DNA from: Candidatus Geohabitans tengchongensis
Lineage (GTDB): Bacteria; Sysuimicrobiota; Sysuimicrobiia; Sysuimicrobiales; Humicultoraceae
DNA length: 19,329 bases
Direction of reading: 5' to 3'
NCBI GenBank assembly: GCA_031459625.1
Contig: JAVKIH010000036.1
Location: 1 to 19,329 of the forward strand
Shown: in pieces, positions 13,972 to 19,329 of the stretch
Position numbering within the stretch: position 1 is the first letter of the stretch
Layout: every line of letters starts with the position of its first letter
Translations under genes and position numbers: made by a program
Notes under the pieces: generated by a model
What the model was told of the DNA's origin: nothing
The model's database searches: none
What the model saw: the letters and a program-made list of their open reading frames with translations, nothing else

Positions 13972-14829
13972 GTGGGCCTCCCCGAGCCCCGCCAACCCGC
14001 GGTGACCGCGGCACCGCTCGTCGAGCCGGTGCTGGCTGTAGAGCGCCTCAGCCTGCGCTTCGCCGGGGTGGCCGCCATCGACGACCTCTCCTTCGTCCTG
14101 CACACGGGGGAGCTCTTGGGGATCATCGGCCCGAACGGCGCCGGCAAGACCAGCGTGCTCAACTGCATCAACGGCTTCTACCGGCCCGAGACCGGGCGCA
14201 TCCTCCTGGCCGCCCCGCCGGCCGCCCCCGGCGCGGCCCCGGGGCCGCTCGAGGAGATCACCCACCTGGCGCCCCACCTGCGGGCGCGGCGGGGGATCGC
14301 CCGCACCTTCCAGAACATCGCCCTCTACCCCGGGATGAGCGTGCTGGCCAACATCCTCTCCGGCCGCCTGGCCCACATGCGCGCCTCGCTGCTGGCCGGC
14401 GGCCTCCACTGGGGGCCGGGGGAGCGCGAGCTGCTGGCGCACCGGGCGCGGGTGGAGGAGATCATCGACTTCCTCGAGCTCGAAGAGCACCGCGACCACC
14501 GCGTCGCCGACCTGCCCTACGGCATCCAGAAGAAGGTGGAGCTGGGACGGGCGCTGGCCATGGAGCCGCGCGTCCTGCTGCTCGACGAGCCCATGGCCGG
14601 GATGAGCGCCGACGAGAAGGCGGACATGGCCCGCTACATCCTGGAGCTGCGGGAGGTGGGCGGCCTGCCCATGATCCTCATCGAGCACGACATGGGGGTG
14701 GTCATGGACCTCTGCGACCGCCTCATCGCCATGGACTACGGGCGCAAGATCGCCGAAGGGCTCCCCGCCGACGTGCAGCACCACCCCGAGGTCCTGCGCG
14801 CCTACCTCGGCGAAGCGGTGGTCGGATGA
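13972..14829 (+). CDS. Liv-type ABC transporter ATP-binding protein (LivG-like)
   Basis: Walker A GPNGAGKT, GIARTFQN, LPYGIQKKVELGRALA, Walker B LLLDEP, LIEHDM and HPEVLRAYLG. Start uncertain (GTG 13966, 13972 or 14002). Confidence 0.92.
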   Translation: MGLPEPRQPAVTAAPLVEPVLAVERLSLRFAGVAAIDDLSFVLHTGELLGIIGPNGAGKTSVLNCINGFYRPETGRILLAAPPAAPGAAPGPLEEITHLAPHLRARRGIARTFQNIALYPGMSVLANILSGRLAHMRASLLAGGLHWGPGERELLAHRARVEEIIDFLELEEHRDHRVADLPYGIQKKVELGRALAMEPRVLLLDEPMAGMSADEKADMARYILELREVGGLPMILIEHDMGVVMDLCDRLIAMDYGRKIAEGLPADVQHHPEVLRAYLGEAVVG

Positions 14830-16844
14830 GTCAGGCCGTCCTGGAGCGGGTGGCCCCGGCGGCGGCGCCGGCGGCGCTGGTTCCAGACACCTTCCCGCGC
14901 CGCCTGGTCCACAACGCCGCCCGTTTCGGCGACCGCGTCGCCTTCCGGGAGAAGGCCTTCGGCGTCTGGCGGGAGATCACGTGGCGGGAGTACCTGGAGC
15001 ACGCCTGCGCCTGCGCCCTGGGGCTGCGGGCGCTGGGCCTGCGGCGGGGCGACGTCGTGGCCCTGGTCGGCGACAACCGCCCGGAGCTGTACTACCTGGC
15101 TATGGGGGCGCAGGCCCTGGGGGCCATCTCCTGCGGGATGTACCAGGACAGCCTGGCCGAGCAGCTGGCCGAGCTGGTCGACTTCGCCGAGGCCCGCGTG
15201 GTCTTCTGCGAGGACCAGGAGCAGACCGACAAGGTCCTGGCCATGGAGGCGCGCCTGCCGCGCGTCGAGCGCATCATCGTGGAGGACTGGCGGGGCATGT
15301 GGCGCTACCGCCACCCCAAGCTGCTGGCCTTCACCGAGCTGGAACGGCTCGGCCGCGAGGCGGCCCGGGCAGACCCCGCCGCCTTCGACGCCCTGGTGGC
15401 CGAGGGCCGGGCGGACGACGTGGCCATCTTCTGCCTGACCTCGGGCACGACCACGCTGCCCAAGCTGGCCATGCTCTCCCACCGCAACCTGCTCAGCCAG
15501 GGGGAGAACTTCCTGGCAGTGGAGCCGCACATCTCCCCCAGCGACGAGTTCGTCAGCTACCTGCCGTTCGCCTGGATCGGGGAGCAGATGATCTCCTTCA
15601 CGCTGCACCAGCTGGTGGGCTTCACGGTGAACTTCCCCGAGGAACCCCACACCAGCCAGCGGGACTTCCGGGAGATCGCCCCGCACTTCACCTTCGCCCC
15701 GGCCCGCATCTACGAGGGGCTGCACTCGATGGTGACGGTGCGCATGCTCGACGCCGGGTGGCTGCGCCGCACCCTCTACGCCTGGGGGATGGGGGTGGGC
15801 AGCCGCATCGTCGACCTGGAGGCCGCCGGCCGCCCCGTGCCGTGGTGGCTGCGTCTGCTGCGCGTGGCCGCCTACTGGCTGGTGCACCGCCCGGTGCTGG
15901 ACAAGCTGGGGATGACGCGCATGCGCGTGGCCTGGAACGGCGGGGCCTCGCTGGGCCCGGACTACTTCCGCTTCTTCCGGGCGCTCGGGCTCAACCTGAA
16001 GCAGATCTACGGGCAGACGGAGATCGCCGGGATCTCCTGCGTCCACCGCGACGGGCAGGTGCGCTTCTGGACCATGGGGGCGCCCATCGCCCACACGGAA
16101 GTGCGCCTCTCCGAGGAGGGGGAGATCCTCAGCCGCAGCCCCTCGGTCTTCCTGGGCTACTTCAAGAACCCCGAGGACACCCGCCGCGCCCTGCGCGACG
16201 GGTGGCTCCACTCCGGGGACTACGGGACCCTCGACCCCAGCGGCGACATCATCCTCTTCGACCGCATGGGCGACGTCATCGTCACCGCGGACGGCACCCG
16301 CGTGGCCCCGCGGGTCATCGAGGACATGCTGAAGTTCACCCCCTACATCCAGCAGGCCATGGTCGTGGGAGACGGCCGCCCCTACCTGGCCGCCATCCTG
16401 AACATCGACCTGGGGAACGTGGGCAAGTGGGCGGAGGACCGCGGGCTGGCCTACACCTCCTACGCCGACCTCTCCCAGCGCCCCGAGGTCCTGGACCTCC
16501 TGGAGGGGCTGGTGCGGGAGACCAACGCCCGACTGCAGCCGGAGTGGCGCCTGGCCGCCTTCGTCTCCCTCTACAAGGAGTTCCACCCCGACGACGACGA
16601 GCTCACCCGCACGCGCAAGCTGCGCCGCCGCCACATCCTGGCACGCTACCGCGACCTGGTCGAGGCCATCTACGCTGGGGCGGACCATTTCCAGACGGTG
16701 GTGACGGTGCGCTACGAGGACGGCCGCGTGGCCGAGCTGCGCCCGGTCATGGCGATCCGTCGGGTGGAGTTGTCGCCGGTGGCTGCGCCACCGGCGGCTT
16801 CGTCAGGCGCGCCACCGGCCGGCGCCCCGCCCTCCTCCCCATGA
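14826..16844 (+). CDS. Long-chain fatty acyl-CoA synthetase (AMP-binding)
   Basis: TSGTTTLPK, SYLPFAWIGE, QIYGQTE, GWLHSGDYG and ELTRTRKLRR; ATGA overlaps at both ends. Confidence 0.92.
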   Translation: MSQAVLERVAPAAAPAALVPDTFPRRLVHNAARFGDRVAFREKAFGVWREITWREYLEHACACALGLRALGLRRGDVVALVGDNRPELYYLAMGAQALGAISCGMYQDSLAEQLAELVDFAEARVVFCEDQEQTDKVLAMEARLPRVERIIVEDWRGMWRYRHPKLLAFTELERLGREAARADPAAFDALVAEGRADDVAIFCLTSGTTTLPKLAMLSHRNLLSQGENFLAVEPHISPSDEFVSYLPFAWIGEQMISFTLHQLVGFTVNFPEEPHTSQRDFREIAPHFTFAPARIYEGLHSMVTVRMLDAGWLRRTLYAWGMGVGSRIVDLEAAGRPVPWWLRLLRVAAYWLVHRPVLDKLGMTRMRVAWNGGASLGPDYFRFFRALGLNLKQIYGQTEIAGISCVHRDGQVRFWTMGAPIAHTEVRLSEEGEILSRSPSVFLGYFKNPEDTRRALRDGWLHSGDYGTLDPSGDIILFDRMGDVIVTADGTRVAPRVIEDMLKFTPYIQQAMVVGDGRPYLAAILNIDLGNVGKWAEDRGLAYTSYADLSQRPEVLDLLEGLVRETNARLQPEWRLAAFVSLYKEFHPDDDELTRTRKLRRRHILARYRDLVEAIYAGADHFQTVVTVRYEDGRVAELRPVMAIRRVELSPVAAPPAASSGAPPAGAPPSSP

Positions 16845-17776
16845 CCTGGCACTTCATCGCCGAAGGCACCCTCATCGGGCTGGCCGTCGGGGCCATCTAC
16901 GCCCTCATCGCGCTGGGCTTCGCTCTCCTGTACAAGTCCACGAAGATCCTCAACCTGGCTCACGGGGAGCTCGTCCTCTTCGGCGGCTACCTGGCCATCG
17001 CGCTGAGCACGGCCCTGCCCGGCCCGCCCGTCCTGGCCTTCGTCCTGGCCGTGCTGGCCACGCTGGCCGCCGCGGCGCTGCTCGGCTTCGCCGTGGAGCG
17101 GGCGGTGATGCGCCCGCTGTTCGGGCAGCCGCTCCTCTCGGTCATCATCGTCACCCTGGCCCTGGGCTACGTCGTGCGCGGCGTCATGGTGGGGCTGTGG
17201 GGCGGGGACACCCGCCTCTTCCCACCCGTGGTGCCCACCGGCGTCTTCCGCCTCCCCCTGCCGCGCCTCGAGGCGCTGGCCGTCCCCCAGGTGGGCGTGT
17301 GGGCGGCGCTGGTGGCCGCGGTGCTGCTCGTGGTCTTCTCGCTCTTCTTCCGCTACTCCCTGTGGGGGATCGCCATGCGGGCGGCGGCCAACGAGCAGCT
17401 CACCGCCTCCGCCCTGGGCGTGAGCCTGAAGCGGGTCTTCGCCGTGGCCTGGGCCTTCGCCGCCGCCGCGGCCTCCGTGGGCGGCATCCTGCTGGGCCTG
17501 TGGCTGGGGGTGAACTTCGCGCTCGGCTTCGTCGGGCTCAAGGCCCTGGCCGCGGTCATCCTGGGCGGGCTGGACAGCATCGCCGGCGCCATCCTGGGCG
17601 GGGTCATCATCGGCGTGACCGAGAACCTGCTCGGCGCCTACATCGACGCCCGCGTCCGGCTCTTCGGCGTGCCGCTGCACGGCTTCAAGGAGATCACGCC
17701 TTTCCTGATCATCCTGCTGGTGCTGCTGGTCCGCCCCTACGGCCTGTTTGGCACCGAGCACGTGGAGCGGCTCTGA
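16841..17776 (+). CDS. Liv-type ABC permease (LivH-like)
   Basis: GAIYALIALGFALLYKSTKILNLAHGE, GIAMRAAA, ILGGLDSIAGAILGG and LLVRPYGLFG; ATG 16841. Confidence 0.92.
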   Translation: MTWHFIAEGTLIGLAVGAIYALIALGFALLYKSTKILNLAHGELVLFGGYLAIALSTALPGPPVLAFVLAVLATLAAAALLGFAVERAVMRPLFGQPLLSVIIVTLALGYVVRGVMVGLWGGDTRLFPPVVPTGVFRLPLPRLEALAVPQVGVWAALVAAVLLVVFSLFFRYSLWGIAMRAAANEQLTASALGVSLKRVFAVAWAFAAAAASVGGILLGLWLGVNFALGFVGLKALAAVILGGLDSIAGAILGGVIIGVTENLLGAYIDARVRLFGVPLHGFKEITPFLIILLVLLVRPYGLFGTEHVERL

Positions 17777-18813
17777 TGGCGGTCCGGCCGGCCGGCACCT
17801 TCAAGACCACCTATGCGGCCGACATGGCCCTGCTGGACACGCGCTTCGACCAGGTGGGCTTCGCCCTGCTCCTCCTGGCGCTGCTGCTGGCGCCCTGGTG
17901 GCTGGGGCGCTACCTCTTCCTGTTGAACGCCATCGGCATCTTCGCCATCGGGGCGGTGGGGCTGTCGCTGCTCACGGGCTTCGGCGGGCAGATCTCGCTG
18001 GGGCACGCCGCCTTCATGGCGGTGGGGGCCTACACCTCCTGGCTGCTCACCCAGCACGGGATCCCCTTCCTCCTGGCCCTGCCCCTGGCCGGGGGAACCG
18101 CCTTCGCCTTCGGGGCGGTGGTGGGGCTGCCCTCGCTGCGCATCAAGGGGCTCTACCTGGCCATCGCCACGCTGGCCTTCCAGTTCGTCCTTGACTACGT
18201 CATCGTGCACGCCTGGGGAGCCGGCGGGGGCAACGTCGTCATCGGCCCGAGCCTCTTCGGCTACGCGGTCCGCACCGAGCGCCAGTTCTACTACCTGCTC
18301 CTGCCGCTGTGGCTGGGGGCGGGGATCTTCGCCGCCAACCTGGTGCGCGGCCGCGTGGGGCTGGCCCTCATGGCCATCCGCGACCGCGACTACGCCGCCC
18401 AGGTCCTGGGGGTGCCGCTACTCTACTATAAGACGCTGGCGTTTGCGCTGGCCGCCTTCTACGCCGGCGTGGCCGGCAGCCTCTTCGCCCACTACAACCG
18501 GGTCATCACCAACGAGCACTTCACCATCGGCCAGTCCATCGACTACATCGCCATGGTCGTCCTGGGGGGCCTGGGGAGCGTCTGGGGGCCGCACCTGGGG
18601 GCGGCGCTGGTCATCTCCCTCACCCAGGTCCTGAAGATCCTCACCCCGGCGCTGGTGAACCTCCTCCCGGCCTTCGGGCGTGTGGCCACGCCGCTGCGCG
18701 AGGTGGTCTTCGGGGCGCTCCTCATCGGGCTGCTCATCTGGGAGCCGGGAGGCCTGGCCATGCTCTGCCGCAAGCTCAAGCGCTACCTCGACCTCTGGCC
18801 CTTCCCGTATTAA
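17776..18813 (+). CDS. Liv-type ABC permease (LivM-like)
   Basis: LLTGFGGQISLGHAAFMAVGAY, LRIKGLYLAIATLA, AIRDRDYAA, VVLGGLGS and WEPGGL; TGATG overlap at 17774-17778. Confidence 0.92.
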   Translation: MAVRPAGTFKTTYAADMALLDTRFDQVGFALLLLALLLAPWWLGRYLFLLNAIGIFAIGAVGLSLLTGFGGQISLGHAAFMAVGAYTSWLLTQHGIPFLLALPLAGGTAFAFGAVVGLPSLRIKGLYLAIATLAFQFVLDYVIVHAWGAGGGNVVIGPSLFGYAVRTERQFYYLLLPLWLGAGIFAANLVRGRVGLALMAIRDRDYAAQVLGVPLLYYKTLAFALAAFYAGVAGSLFAHYNRVITNEHFTIGQSIDYIAMVVLGGLGSVWGPHLGAALVISLTQVLKILTPALVNLLPAFGRVATPLREVVFGALLIGLLIWEPGGLAMLCRKLKRYLDLWPFPY

Positions 18814-18852
18814 CGTTTCATAACGGTCCCGGAGTCTGCCGGGCCCGACCCG

Positions 18853-18858
18853 TAGAAT
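18853..18858 (+). promoter_or_regulatory. Possible -10 element (TAGAAT) for the glycosyltransferase
   Basis: TAGAAT 34 nt before the ATG in an AT-enriched intergenic stretch; no clear -35. Confidence 0.4.
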
Positions 18859-18892
18859 CACAGTATCCGAAGCCCAAGGTAGGGGAGCATCC

Positions 18893-19329
18893 ATGCGCAT
18901 CGCCCAGATCGCCCCGTTGTACGAGAGCGTCCCGCCGAGGATGTACGGCGGAACGGAGCGCGTCGTCTACGGCCTGACCGAGGAGCTGGTCCGTCGCGGG
19001 CACGAGGTCGTCCTCTTCGCCTCGGGGGACAGCCAGACCTCGGCCACCCTCGTCCCCTGCGCCGATCGCGGACTGCGCCTGGACGGCACGGTGCGAGACT
19101 ACCACGCCTACACCATGATCCAGCTCGGCATGGTCTACGAGCGGGCGGAGGCGTTCGACCTCATCCACAACCACGTGGACTACTTCGCCTTCCCCTTCAC
19201 CCGGCTCACCCGCGTCCCCACGGTGACGACGCTCCACGGCCGGCTGGACCTGCCGGAGGTGGAGCGCGTGCACGCCCACTTCCCCGACCTCCCCATGGTC
19301 TCCATCAGCTACGCCCAGCGCGTGCACCT
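18893..19329 (+). CDS. Glycosyltransferase family 4 protein (3' end beyond window)
   Basis: Not in the ORF track. Manual translation gives MRIAQIAPLYESVPPRMYGGTERVVYGLTEELVRRGHEVVLFASGDS...FDLIHNH...VTTLHG; SD AGGGGAG. Confidence 0.9.
   Translation, partial: MRIAQIAPLYESVPPRMYGGTERVVYGLTEELVRRGHEVVLFASGDSQTSATLVPCADRGLRLDGTVRDYHAYTMIQLGMVYERAEAFDLIHNHVDYFAFPFTRLTRVPTVTTLHGRLDLPEVERVHAHFPDLPMVSISYAQRVH

Noticed and set aside
14981..16840. Long N-terminal extensions of the permease ORFs in the track (14981 and 17197 starts)
   Set aside because: Out-of-frame overlaps with upstream genes; the true starts are the coupled ATGs at 16841 and 17776.

Overview
A very GC-rich bacterial window (roughly three-quarters G+C by eye). 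Most of it (1-13893) is one minus-strand gene run. In transcription order: PaaK-like acyl-CoA ligase, rpsU, Nudix hydrolase, class III aminotransferase, alaS, ruvX in frame with DUF1292, mltG, yqeG-like HAD phosphatase, membrane GAF/HD-GYP phosphodiesterase, Roadblock/LC7 protein, TPR plus SLT lytic transglycosylase, c-di-GMP-I (GEMM) riboswitch, Liv-type binding lipoprotein and a TAXI-TRAP binding protein (truncated by the window edge). Divergent on the plus strand is an incomplete Liv-type ABC cluster with an embedded long-chain acyl-CoA synthetase, then a GT4 glycosyltransferase (truncated). The most notable feature is a candidate c-di-GMP module: HD-GYP, Roadblock and a TPR-lytic transglycosylase followed directly by a c-di-GMP-I riboswitch upstream of two solute-binding proteins. 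Also notable are several translation oddities: ruvX has no stop and reads through a promoter into DUF1292, mltG probably starts at CTG, and several gene junctions are in-frame TAG codons. No mobile elements, CRISPR arrays, tRNAs or rRNAs were seen. All calls come from motif recognition only; no database searches were run.
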